Source of the DNA: Macrostomum hystrix | Taxonomy: Eukaryota; Animalia; Platyhelminthes | Reading direction: 5' to 3' | DNA length: 64,000 nucleotides | Assembly: GCA_950097015.1 (NCBI GenBank) | Contig: CATNEN010000034.1 | Span: 1,550,001-1,614,000, forward strand | Part shown: positions 13,309-25,400 of the stretch, piece after piece | How positions within the stretch are numbered: the stretch's first letter is position 1 | How the letters are laid out: each line of letters opens with the position of its first letter | Made by a program: the position numbers and the translations under genes | The notes under the pieces: generated by a model | Seen by the model: only the letters and a program-made list of their open reading frames with translations | The model's database searches: none | What the model was told of the DNA's origin: nothing

Positions 13309-13551
13309 TTAACAAATGTGCATTTCGACGAACGCCTCACGCGACTTGAAGTCACCCCAGACGTTGTTACAACCGGCCTCCGTCTCCGACTCGACAACGA
13401 CTTCCATCGGACTGTCAGCGCTGTAGCCGGAGTCTACCGATGCCTCCGACTGGGTCCGTTTGCGCTTCTCCTTCTGCTGGTAGTAGGGCGACGTGTGCTT
13501 CTCCTGCAGTTTGGGCATCTCAACCAGCTGGGAAACAGTTACGCAAGCCAT
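13309..13551 (-). CDS. Hypothetical 80-aa protein
   Basis: ATG-initiated GC-rich ORF in AT-rich surroundings, TTAACAG 2 nt before the ATG, UTR-like downstream sequence. No family recognised. Confidence 0.55.
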   Translation of the reverse strand: MACVTVSQLVEMPKLQEKHTSPYYQQKEKRKRTQSEASVDSGYSADSPMEVVVESETEAGCNNVWGDFKSREAFVEMHIC

Positions 13552-14091
13552 TGCTGTTAATTGTGAGTTGAAATAATAGATGCTAATAAGTCGACTGACT
13601 GGCTAGGCCTGATTCGGGAGGGGAGTGATTTGCGCGGATGTTGTCAGGAACCACAGAACTTAGCTCGTGAGCACCTCCTCTTTTTTACTTGGCTGGGAGA
13701 ATTGTAAGCAAGAACGGATAAGTCGTAGTTGTTTGTTGGGTCACTGAAAGTCGCAGTTCGCATTCACAGTTTGCAGGTTTGGAAAAAGAAAAAGGGCTTA
13801 GGTTTACTTGCACCTTTGAAACGCATATAAATGCAGAAGAGAGAGATAGGCCGGAACGAACCTTGCGCTGGATAATGTTCAAGCAAAGCAACTGAGTGTA
13901 CTCAGTGTACTGAGAGACGTACATTACCCTTCAGTCCTAGAGCAAAAAGTGAAGCAGAGAACTGTACTTTAAAACACGTTTGTGCATAGAGAAAATATCG
14001 ATTTCACGAAGGCATGTTAAAGCTGCGTGATAGTCCCAAGGTCGTTTTGATGCATATCTACAAATAGAACCTTGGGCCTGATGCAAGCAGG

Positions 14092-14111
14092 GCCTCCGTG
14101 GCGCAATCGGC

Positions 14112-14148
<37 letters not shown>

Positions 14149-14165
14149 GAGCCCACCCGGGGGCG
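14092..14165 (+). tRNA. tRNA-Asn (GTT)
   Basis: 74-nt cloverleaf: acceptor stem GCCTCCG/CGGGGGC, anticodon loop CTGTTAA, T-loop GTTCGAG. It matches the canonical eukaryotic tRNA-Asn sequence and is followed by TTTT. Confidence 0.97.
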
Positions 14166-15239
14166 AGTACATTTTAGCAACTGTAAATGTTTTTTTATGT
14201 TTAAATTACAAGAAATTAATTATAGAAGAATGAAAAACCTTCACTTGCAATGATCAGTAATTGTTTGTCTATAAAATTGCTATAAAATTTTTCATGCTGC
14301 AAGACTCGAATTCAATACATCGACCGATATGTATAGAAAAACTACTTTACTACAGTATAAAGGGTCTGAAGTGACAATGCCATGTAAGCACGTCATCAAC
14401 AAAACAGTCATAGTTCTGAATAACTATAAAGACAAAATATTATATTTTCGTCTTCTTAACATGATTGGCTATGAAGCTTAAAGAATTATTTAGCAGCTAG
14501 TTTTGATTTCGATTGAATCCATAATTCTTACACTTGTAGTTATGCGATTCTGAAACGTTACATACATTTTTTATGGAGTTGCAAATTTAAATAAAAATCC
14601 AAAGGATAGGGTTTATGAGATTAATTATGTGACCGCCAATTATCGTTGTTTAATTGCCTAAACTAATTCAATTATTAATGCCAGTATTTATAGGGAGGTT
14701 ATACGGTGTAAATCAAGCGCATCAGAGCTATTGTAAGTAACATGTTATGATATGAGATGGATAAAAAATGAAGCATATATAAAACGATCTTTTTAGTATT
14801 GCTGATTGCCTTACAAGCAATGACGCACTAGATGAGAAACTGATCGGGATCAGAATCTAATCAGAACTCAAGGCCAAGGTCGGAGATTTGAATATCTACA
14901 GCAATAAAGTTTTAGATACAGTTAAATTCATACATCAGAAAAAATCTTGAAGTCTAGAACGCCAAGAAAGCCAATTTAAGCAGAGTAGAAAGAATTTAAC
15001 AGAACAAAAGGGAGCAACTTCCAACTTACTAGGATAGCTGTAATCAACAAGCACGCTACGGTTGCACACTTGAAAAAAATTTTGTTTATTTTTTATAAAA
15101 CAGATTACTTCCACGCAAAATAGAAATTTACACTCGCAGTAGTAAACGTCTGACGAAAGTCTGTCGGAAGAACTAGTAGTTAGATCATAAAGCAGTGTTT
15201 TATTATTACATATCAAAGCTCGCCATAGCCAATAAGCTC

Positions 15240-16325
15240 AGGAACCAATCACACTGCTGCAGTGACCTACTCAGTAACCAATCACACTGCTGCAGTGACC
15301 TACTCAGTAACCAATCACACTGCTGCAGTGACCTACTCAGTAACCAATCACACTGCTGCAGTGACCTACTCAGTAACAAATCACACTACTGCAGTGACCT
15401 ACTCAGTAACAAATCACACTGCTGCAGTGACCTACTCAGTAACCAATCACACTGCTGCAGTGACCTACTCAGTAACCAATCACACTGCTGCAGTGACCTA
15501 CTCAGTAACTAATCACACTGCTGCAGTGACCTACTCAGTAACCAATCACACTGCTGCAGTGACCTACTCAGTAACCAATCACACTGCTGCAGTGAACTAC
15601 TCAGTAACCAATCACACTGCTGCAGTGACCTACTCAGTAACAAATCACACTACTGCAGTGACCTACTCAGTAACAAATCACACTGCTGCAGTGACCTACT
15701 CAGTAACCAATCACACTGCTGCAGTGACCTACTCAGTAACAAATCACACTACTGCAGTGACCTACTCAGTAACTAATCACACTGCTGCAGTGACCTACTC
15801 AGTAACCAATCACACTGCTGCAGTGACCTACTCAGGAACCAATCACACTGCTGCAGTGAACTACTCAGTAACCAATCACACTGCTGCAGTGACCTACTCA
15901 GTAACCAATCAGACTGCTGCAGTGACCTACTCAGGAACCAATCACACTGCTGCAGTGACCTACTCAGTAACCAATCACACTGCTGCAGTGACCTACTCAG
16001 TAACAAATCACACTGCTGCAGTGACCTACTCAGTAACCAATCACACTGCTGCAGTGACCTACTCAGTAACCAATCACACTGCTGCAGTGAACTACTCAGT
16101 AACCAATCACACTGCTGCAGTGAACTACTCAGTAACCAATCACACTGCTGCAGTGACCTACTCAGTAACCAATCACACTGCTGCAGTGAACTACTCAGTA
16201 ACTAATCACACTGCTGCAGCGACCTACTCAGTAACCAATCACACTGCTGCAGCGACCTACTCAGTAACTAATCACACTGCTGCAGCGACCTACTCAGTAA
16301 CTAATCACACTGCTGCAGTGACCAT
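15240..16325. repeat. Minisatellite, 33 bp unit (GTGACCTACTCAGTAACCAATCACACTGCTGCA)
   Basis: About 33 copies; explains the 359-aa VTYSVTNHTAA ORF. Confidence 0.96.
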
Positions 16326-17179
16326 CGTACTGCAACAATGACTCACCCAGTATTTTACTAGAGTTACTGTAACTAAAGACGATGAAATATATAGTCTTTA
16401 GTGTTCTAATCGTTTAAAAAAAAACAAAGCACACAAAGGCTAGATAATCTAATTAAATCTAGATTCCAGCAGTTAGACTGTGTAAGATGGCGGAATAAAA
16501 ATAGCACAAAAACCATAGATGGGCATTGATTAGCGCAGGAATTTATGAAGGATAAAGAACACAATACTTAAGGCGCCACAGCAAAGTAAGAATGGGAGAC
16601 TCTAGTGCAAATTTTGTAATGTTCCGGGAAAAGCAGATAAATTTGTTTTCAGCGAGATTAAACCAAAGAGATTTTTGTCTTCGATTGTTAATAAGAGGTG
16701 ACGAAAAGTATCGAGCACAGAAATTTAAGGCATACAAAGTACGAAGAAAAGGAAAACTTTATTTGAAAGGAAGTTGTGAGCACCGGACTGACGGGCAGTT
16801 AAAACAAACTGAACTGAATGTTTTAGTACTAGAAACAGAATAAAAATGCAAAAACACACTTAAAATGCAGCCAATGCGGTCTTAACAGTCCGTTGGCCAT
16901 TGTACTGGCCAGTGAAAAGGGTTAAACTCTGGCCTGACATACACTGAAGTGTTTTATGTGCATGTTGTAATACAGTTTACTTTTAAAACTTTCAACGTTG
17001 AACTTTCAACGCTGGCAACGTGTGCTAATAGACAAATTAGATTGGATTAGCGGTGGCAAGAGAAAAATCAACAAATTTACACACATTCAACAACGTATCA
17101 AGGATGAGCTCACCCTTAATCCAAGGTCGGCAACCTCCGCCCCACGGCCCATATACTGGCCAGATACAGCCCCCGAGTA

Positions 17180-17530
17180 GTTTCTCATGTCTCTAATATC
17201 TCATGTCTCTAGTATCTCATGTCTCTAGAGTCTCATGTCTCTAGAGTCTCATGTCTCTAGAGTCTCATGTCTCTAGAGTCTCATGTCTCTAGAGTCTCAT
17301 GTCTCTACTGTCTCATGTCTCTAGAGTCTCATGTCTCTAGAGTCTCATGTCTCTACTGTCTCATGTCTCTAGAGTCTCATGTCTCTAGAGTCTCATGTCT
17401 CTAGAGTCTCATGTCTCTACTGTCTCATGTCTCTAGAGTCTCATGTCTCTAGAGTCTCATGTCTCTAGAGTCTCATGTCTCTAGAGTCTCATGTCTCTAG
17501 AGTCTCATGTCTCTAGAGTCTCATGTCTCA
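17180..17530. repeat. Minisatellite, 16 bp unit (GTCTCTAGAGTCTCAT)
   Basis: Direct tandem repeat about 210 bp past the RBR gene stop codon. Confidence 0.95.
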
Positions 17531-17743
17531 AGGGACATGTCTCATCTTCTCTTCCTTCGATCCTCTGTTTACTGTCTCATATCTCCCTAGTCTCGGTTCT
17601 CCCTAATTTCACAGTCACGTCTTTTCCCAGTCTATCCAGTCCACTGCTGTCTTATGAATTCTCAGTTTGGAACGCTGCTTAAGTCCCCTGCTTAACGAGA
17701 CGTGACAATTACTCCTAGTAACTGCGAACCAGTTCGGGATCAG

Positions 17744-20700
17744 TCAACGTTTTTGACGCTTGGGCGACTGTGGCGCACCGATGAGTTTGTCCTCGTCGAA
17801 GCCCTCCTCCCGACGGCGCTTCTTGGCCTCCAACTGCAGCTCCCGGATGGCCAGGTCCTCGTCCTGCTTGGTGTCCGTATAGAGCAGGCACTTGCCGCAT
17901 TTATTCGGACAGCCGGCGTCTTTCGGATCTTTTGGATGATTGCAGAAGTGCGCGTACGGATCCTTCTGCAACAGCGGCTGCCTGCAGATGTAGCAGAAGT
18001 GGGCCCGGCAGCGGCAGGTGATGTGATTGCAGCCGTCGGTCTTGTACACCGATGCGTGGCACTGGTGACACTCGCGCAGCCTGGCCCGGGTCATACGCTC
18101 CTCGAAATCACGCCGCAGCTGCGTCTCGTCTGTGAAAGAAAAATGCCCGATTTGCTACTCAGTTAGTAGGATTAAACGGAAATTCATGATGTAAGCAATT
18201 AAAGTAAGCTCGCTTTAACAATACATGTAGAACTACCAAGGGGGTAAATCACCCCTGACCATTTTTTGTTCTGCACCCGAACGAAGCAACGCAAGCACAC
18301 GAAACTTAAGAACACAGGCCAACTATTTGTTGCACATCTTCTGGAAAAAATAATCAAGTCGACAGCTCATTATACCGTCGAGATATTCAATGGTTCTGGC
18401 CGAAGGTTGGATTTTTCCCAATATTTCATACACCCCTATACACGAATTAGTACTGCGCCTCAGTGCGGCCTTGCCAGGCCTTCACCCGAATGTGCCAGCA
18501 TTATTTACGTCTTTGGTGGTCACCTACCTACCTTTATCTAGACGGACTGCCGGACATTCAAGGGCTACAACAGGTAGAACTAGGCCACCATGGACACCCT
18601 GACGCGAATTTCTCTTAAATGTCACTGATCAAGCCTAAATATTAGGCGCAGCTCAACCACAGGACACCATCGCCTAGTCTGTCAACCAATCAGTCACCAC
18701 CCAACGCTGTTAGCATACCAAGAATATTTCAGAGGGGAAGTCCCCCTTGGTAGTGCTACTTTAGAATAATTTGTTCACATTGCGCCAATGATAACTGTAA
18801 CTATAGAAGAGTAGCGATATTTTCAACTTTACCATTCTGCTCCAGCTCTGAGCACTTCTTGCCGAAATGCTCACTCCAGTCGCGGCCGCAGTGTCGGCAG
18901 GATTCTAATTCGCAGTTCTGGCAGCTGAAGACGTTCATGCCGGGGTCCAGAATGGCGCCCCACTGGCAGGTCGGGCATCTGACGAAGTTGTCGTCGCCAA
19001 CTAGGCCGGCGCGCAGGTTCTCTTCTGTCAAGCGCTCCTCGAATTTCTCCAGCACCTGCGGATCCAGAGCCGGCCGCACCAGAGACGGCAGGAATTGACT
19101 GTCGCAGCCCTCGGCCAAGCAGTCGAAGGCGATGGTGCCGGAGCCGTAGACCTTCTCGCGAACGAAGCCGTTGAGGCACTCGCGGCAGAACAGGTGGCCA
19201 ACCGGGCACTGGGTCATGGCCTCGAAGGCGAACTCGCCGAAGCAGCACTCGCATTCGAACTGCTCGGCGTCCGCTGGCCCGGCAGCTTCGGAGGCCGCAC
19301 CTGAGATGAGGATGGGCGGCTAGCGAATATTCTATTTGGGCTACAAAAACTCCAACAGACTCACCATTCCGATTGTCGGCATCAACTGCTGAGGAAGCTG
19401 CATTGGCTGTGGAGCTGCCAGCAGCCGTCTCCAACTGGCAACGATTGCTGGCCGCCTGCAGTTCTTGCACGAGATGCGTAACGTGAGCATGAGTGCGGGC
19501 GGCAACGGAGGGCGAAATACGCGGTCGTCGATTGCGTAGAAAGTGCAGATCAATCTGCGGCGGCGGCTGCTTGCTGCTGCTGTTGTTGCTTTGGGCAGGC
19601 TCAGGTAATGGGCATTTAATGACGAAGCTGCGATCTTTTAGCTGATTTGGAAACGGCGACTCGGGAGTTAGGCTAACGCTGGCTAGCTGACGGTACAGGT
19701 AGCAGAAAGTCGGTGCCACCAGGTTCTTGTGGCTGGACATTGCCGCGCTCACAGTCTGATGGGACAGGTAGGGAAACTGATGCAGCAGGAGGTCGCGCGC
19801 AGCCCGAATCTCGGTCGCATTGACTGGTCTAGGCCGGCTGTCCAAGTCCCAGTAGTCCACCGCGCCCGACTGCCGATGTTGAAGTCCCGATGGCCCGGCG
19901 CCACCGGACGAGGAAGCGACAGCTTCGCTGCTGCTGCCGCCGCTCTCACGAAGCTGCTGATACTTTTTTACTCGGCGTTTAAAGCCCCGCTCCAAATAGT
20001 CGGTGGCCACCCTCTGGATGGCGATCTCGCCAGAGCCATCGGCAGCGGCCAGAGCTGCTTTAGCCGCTGCAGCTGTCGCCTCTGGACAGGCGTCTGGGAA
20101 CATTCCCAATAGCTCGCTTAGCACCCAGTCACTTTGTTCCGTTAGATACGAATTGGGTTGCTGCTGCTGCGGCAGCTCTGGCAATTGATTGTAGGACACA
20201 CTCTGAACTGAAAGATGGGGCGCCTGGCCTTGTTGCTGAATTTGATGTACAGTAATTTGTGCCTGTGCTTGGCGAGCTTGAAAAGCCTGTTGTGGCTGTG
20301 ACAACTGTAGGGCTTGAGGATTCGAGGGAAGATGCCGAGCTTGTAGCAATGGTAGTTGAATGCGATTTTGTTGCTGTGTTGGCTGAGGTGGCTGGGCTGG
20401 TTGCTGAGGCTGCGGTGCTGGTTGCCGGGGTGGCTGGGCTGGTTGCCGAGGTGGCTGGGCTGGTTGCCGGGGTGGCTGCGCGTGTTGATGTGTCTGTGGT
20501 GCTGGTTGCTGTGGTGCTGGTTGCTGTGGTGCTGGTTGCTGGGGCTGCGGTGCTGGTTGCCGGGGTGGCTGGGCTGGTTGCTGTGGCTGTAGTGCTGGTT
20601 GCCAGGGTGGCTGGGCTGGTTGCTGTGGCTGTAGTGCTGGTTGCCAGGGTGGCTGGGCTGGTTGCTGGGGCTGCGGTGCTGGTTGCCGGGGTGGCTGGGC

Positions 20701-21006
20701 TGGTTGCTGTGGCTGTAGTGCTGGTTGCCAGGGTGGCTGGGCTGGTTGCTGGGCCCGTTGCTGGGGTGGCTGCAACTCTACTGTAGTTGGCTGTTGCGTA
20801 AGCTGCGACTGCACTGTTTGCTGACATTTTAGTTGTTGCGGTGGTTGTTGCTCAACATGCACAACAATTCCCTGGCGCTGTTCCTGTACTAGCTGCTGGT
20901 TCTGATGCTGCCGGACAGGCTGCTCGTCAGTTATTGCCCGCAGCAGCGCATCAAGTTCTTCAGGATCAAACGAGTCCAAATTTTCAACGATGAACTGATG
21001 ATCCAT
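17744..21006 (-). CDS. RNF216: RBR (RING1-IBR-RING2) E3 ubiquitin ligase, RNF216/TRIAD3-like, 831 aa
   Basis: Exons 19365-21006, 18833-19300 and 17744-18129 (2496 nt, phases consistent, 64-bp first intron). RING1 FECECCFGEF..QCPVGHLFCREC; IBR CPTC..SCQNCELESCRHCGRDW..H..C; RING2 CHQC..KTDGCNHITCRCRAHFCYICR. CUE-like LLGMFPD segment and a long Q/P-rich N-terminus. Confidence 0.9.
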
Positions 21007-21239
21007 AACTGTTTGTAAGTGAAAACGAAAAAAAATGCTAATGATGCGATCGGTTCTAAATTAACTGTTAAAATAAAATTAGCTAAAAGTAACCCTCATA
21101 AAAAATCTGTGTCTATCGAGCGGGAATCGAAAAACTCTATGGAAACCATACTAAAAATACTGCTAATCAAAAGGCTCACGAAATCTCAAATCTATCAGGA
21201 AGTACAAGTGAGAGCTAAAATAAGCGAGAATATCGAGAA

Positions 21240-21850
21240 TGGGGCTATCAGAGGGAGAGTGGGGCTATCAGAGGGAGAGTGGGGCAGTCAGCGGGAGAGT
21301 GGGGCTATCAGAGGGAGAGTGGGGCTGTCAGAGGGAGAGTGGGGCAGTCAGCGGGAGAGTGGGGCTGTCACAGTGAGAGTGGGGCTATCAGAGGGAGAGT
21401 GGGGCTGTCAGAGGGAGAGTGGGGCAGTCAGCGGGAGAGTGGGGCTATCAGAGGGAGAGTGGGGCTATCAGAGGGAGAGTGGGGCTGTCACAGTGAGAGT
21501 GGGGCTATCAGAGGGAGAGTGGGGCTGTCAGAGGGAGAGTGGGGCAGTCAGCGGGAGAGTGGGGCTATCAGAGGGAGAGTGGGGCTATCAGAGGGAGAGT
21601 GGGGCTGTCAGAGGGAGAGTGGGGCAGTCAGCGGGAGAGTGGGGCTATCAGAGGGAGAGTGGGGCTATCAGAGGGAGAGTGGGGCTGTCAGAGGGAGAGT
21701 GGGGCAGTCAGCGGGAGAGTGGGGCTATCAGAGGGAGAGTGGGGCTGTCAGAGGGAGAGTGGGGCAGTCAGCGGGAGAGTGGGGCTATCAGAGGGAGAGT
21801 GGGGCTGTCAGAGGGAGAGTGGGGCTGTCAGAGGGAGAGTGGGGCACAGT
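21240..21850. repeat. Minisatellite, 20 bp unit (GAGGGAGAGTGGGGCTATCA)
   Basis: G-rich direct tandem repeat between eIF3i and the RBR gene. Confidence 0.95.
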
Positions 21851-22409
21851 CAGAGATCGCTAGGCGGACAGCTAAATGTACTTTAGTAAAGCTTAAAAAT
21901 GCAACACAGCGGAGTCAGTTCACAGACTGCAGGCACTGAGTAGACCACAATCTCGCATAGCAGTTACCAGTCGCTGCTTCTTGTATTTTTATTTTCCAAT
22001 TTTTTGCTTTCTGCAGCATCGCAGACAACACAAATACATCCTAAGCAATTTCACTAGCGCAACTGAATCCCGGGATTACAGAATGAAGGGAAAGTGACAC
22101 TAACTTAAGCAGGTTGGTAACAAACAAGCTGGACTAATTTGCAAGCTTTACTGTCTACTGACAAGTAGTAAACACAGGATAGACCATCTATTTTACGCAG
22201 AATCAGATTTCAAGCTTTTTAAATAATAATTTTGACCAAAAAATACTAAGCGAAGATTAACCTGCAAATTAGGATAGAGAATTTTAGACAACATTTGCGG
22301 CCTTTACTTGATTAAACACATCGAGCGAACATCAAAGGTACAACTCCAATTACCAGGGACATCGATAAATTCTCATTCAGATTCACTAAACATTAATATT
22401 CTAGTCACT

Positions 22410-25400
22410 CTACTCAAACTCAAAGTCGAAGTAGTCAGTGTCGAATGTGTGCAATCGGACGAAGCCGTCCTCGCCGCCGGTGACAAAGCCGCGGCCGTCA
22501 GGCGTGAAGCCGACAGAATTGATGGGGCCGAAGTGGCCCTTGACCCTAGCGAACTCCTCTTCGTAGATTGTGTGAAAGAATTTGGCGTCGAATTTGCCAA
22601 CGTGGGCGCCGGAGGTGGTGACGTCCTGGGCCTCCTGGCCGCCGCCAAGCAGCACGTGGGGCCGCAGAGGACTCAAATCGGCGGAATTGACCGGCCGTTC
22701 AGTCTTGTAAGTCTTGAATAGCTGCAAGTCGTAGCTGTCAATCAGGCGAGCTGTGTGGTCCTTGCTAGCCGTAATGAACATTGTGCCATCTTTGTAAAGC
22801 CGAATATCGTTAATGGCGCCTTTGTGGTGCTTCTCTGTTTTAATAACCTGCGGCGTTCGGTAAGATATAGTAATTGTTTTGATCCAATGATTATCCTATA
22901 ACTAGTTTATTACTGATCCTAATTATAAAAGTGTAATACAAACGTCCGAAAAGTCTGCCAAAATTTAGAATAGTAATTTCAATCCTACAGTAACAATCCC
23001 AATCCTACAGTAACGATCCCAATCATACCGCAAAAATCCCAATCCTACATTTAAGATACCAATCATACCGCAAAAATCCCAATCCGTGATGATCCTGATC
23101 CTACAGTAATTATCCCAATTCTACATTAATTATCCCAATCCTACAGTGATGATCCCTACCCTACAGTAATTATCCCAATCCTAAAGTGATGATCCCAATT
23201 CTACAGTAATTATCCCAACCCTACAGTGATGATCCCAACCCTACAGTAATTATCCCAATCCTACAGTGATGATCCCAATTCTACATTAATTATCCCAATC
23301 CTACAGTGATGATCCCAACCCTACATTAATTATCCCAATCCTACAGTGATGATCCCAACCCTACATTAATTATCCCAATCCTACAGTGATGATCCCAACC
23401 CTACAGTAATTATCCCAATCCTACAGAGATAATCCCAATTCTACATTAATTATCCCAATCCTACAGTGATGATCCCAACCCTACATAAATTATCCCAATC
23501 CTACAGTGATGATCCCAACCCTACATTAATTATCCCAATCCTACAGTGATGATCCCAATTCTACATTAATTATCCCAATCCTACAGTGATGATCCCAATT
23601 CTACATTAATTATCCCAATCCTACAGTGATGATCCCAATTCTACATTAATTATCCCAATCCTACAGTGATGATCCCAATTCTACATTAATTATCCCAATC
23701 CTACAGTGATGATCCCAATCCTACAGTGATGATCCCAATCCTACAGTAATTATCCCAATCCTACAGTGATGATCCCAACCCTACAGTAATTATCCCAATC
23801 CTACAGTGATGATCCCAACCCTACAGTAATTATCCCAATCCTAGTGATGATCCCAATTCTACATTAATTATCTCAATCCTACAGTGATGATCCCAACCTT
23901 ACAGTAATTATCCCAATCCTACAGTAATTATCCCAATCCTACTGTAATTATCCTAATCCTACAGTAAAGATCCCAATTATAAATTAATATTATCCCAATC
24001 TTAAAATAACTATTTTAATCCTAGAGTCGGAATCTTCATCCTAGAATATGTAATGCCAATCCTACAATAATTATCCCAACCCTATGATAGTGATTTGAAT
24101 GTTACAATAATCCCAATACTGCAGTTGTAGATCTTAATCTCCAGCTACTGACCTTCTGCGCTCGCGCGTCGATCTGGCAGAGGTCGCCATTTTCGTGTCC
24201 TGTGATTAGGAACCGGCTCAGTGGACCCCAAACTGCGCTGGTGATCTTGGAGTCGGGGACCTGCATCTGGCTGGCTGCCTGGCTGGCTGGGTCCTGCCGG
24301 ATGTCGTACAGCAGGATGGTGCACTTGTAGCCCATGGTTTTGTCGGTGGTGATCATGGCGGTTGTGCCGGCAAAGTCGAAGCCACAGGCGCGCACAGCGC
24401 TATTAGTATCGAAGCTCATGGTGCATTTGCCAGTCTGGGTGTCCCAGAGCTTGGCCGAGTTATCAGCGGAACCAGTGATCACCTAGAAAATAATACTACT
24501 TGTTAAAACTAGGAATGCCTAGCTATTTTAAGCGAGCTTTAGTATGCGAGGGGTATTCCCATGGGAATTCCTACGAGTATCTACTGTTTCAAAGAGAACT
24601 GGCTTAAGCAAATTCTTTTTCGCTATGTCAACGGCAATCGACGCACCAGCAACAGGATTGCATTGGATTCTTGCTAATGTGCATCAGATTATTGTAAAAC
24701 AGCATTAGATTCTTGTAAAACAGCATTAGATTCTTGTAAAACAGCATTAGATTCTTGTAAAACAGCATTAGATTCTTGTAAAACTGCATTAGATTCTCGC
24801 TAAACTGCATTAGATTCTTGCTAATGTGCATCAGATTCTTGTAAAACTGCATTAGATTCTCGCTAAACTGCATTAGATTCTTGCTAAACTGCATTAGATT
24901 CTTGCTAATGTGCATCAGATTCTTGTAAAACTGCATTAGATTCTCGCTAAAATACATTAGATTCTTGCTAAACTGCATTAGATTCTTGCTAAACTGCATT
25001 GGATTCCTGCTAACTGCATTAGATTCTTGCTAAACTGCATTAGATTCTTGCTAAACTGCATTAGATTCTTGCTAAACTGCATTAGATTCTTGCTAAACTG
25101 CATTAGATTCTTGCTAACTGCATTAGATTCTTGCTAAACTGCATTAGATTCTTGCTAAACTGCATTAGATTCTTGCTAAACTGCATTAGATTCTTGCTAA
25201 ACTGCATTGGATTCTTGCTAAACTGCATTAGATTCTTGCTAAAATACATTAGTAGATTCTTGCTAAACTGCATTAGATTCTTGCTAAAATACATTGGATT
25301 CTTGCTAAACTGCATTAGATTCTTGCTAAACTGCATCAGATTCTTGCTAAACTGCATTAAATTCTTGCTAAACTGCAATAGATTCCTGTTAAACATGGTG

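Noticed and set aside
15262-16341. 359-aa VTYSVTNHTAA repeat ORF resembling a mucin or ice-binding solenoid
   Set aside because: No ATG start, no unique domain and no flanking exons; a 33-bp unit stays open in some frame by chance.
20129-20827. Ala/Thr-rich antifreeze-glycoprotein-like ORF and Val/Ala-rich antisense ORF
   Set aside because: Alternative frames of the RNF216 Q/P repeat.
18871-21006. 711-aa single-exon model
   Set aside because: It crosses a 64-bp intron (19301-19364); the RING domains are in another frame.
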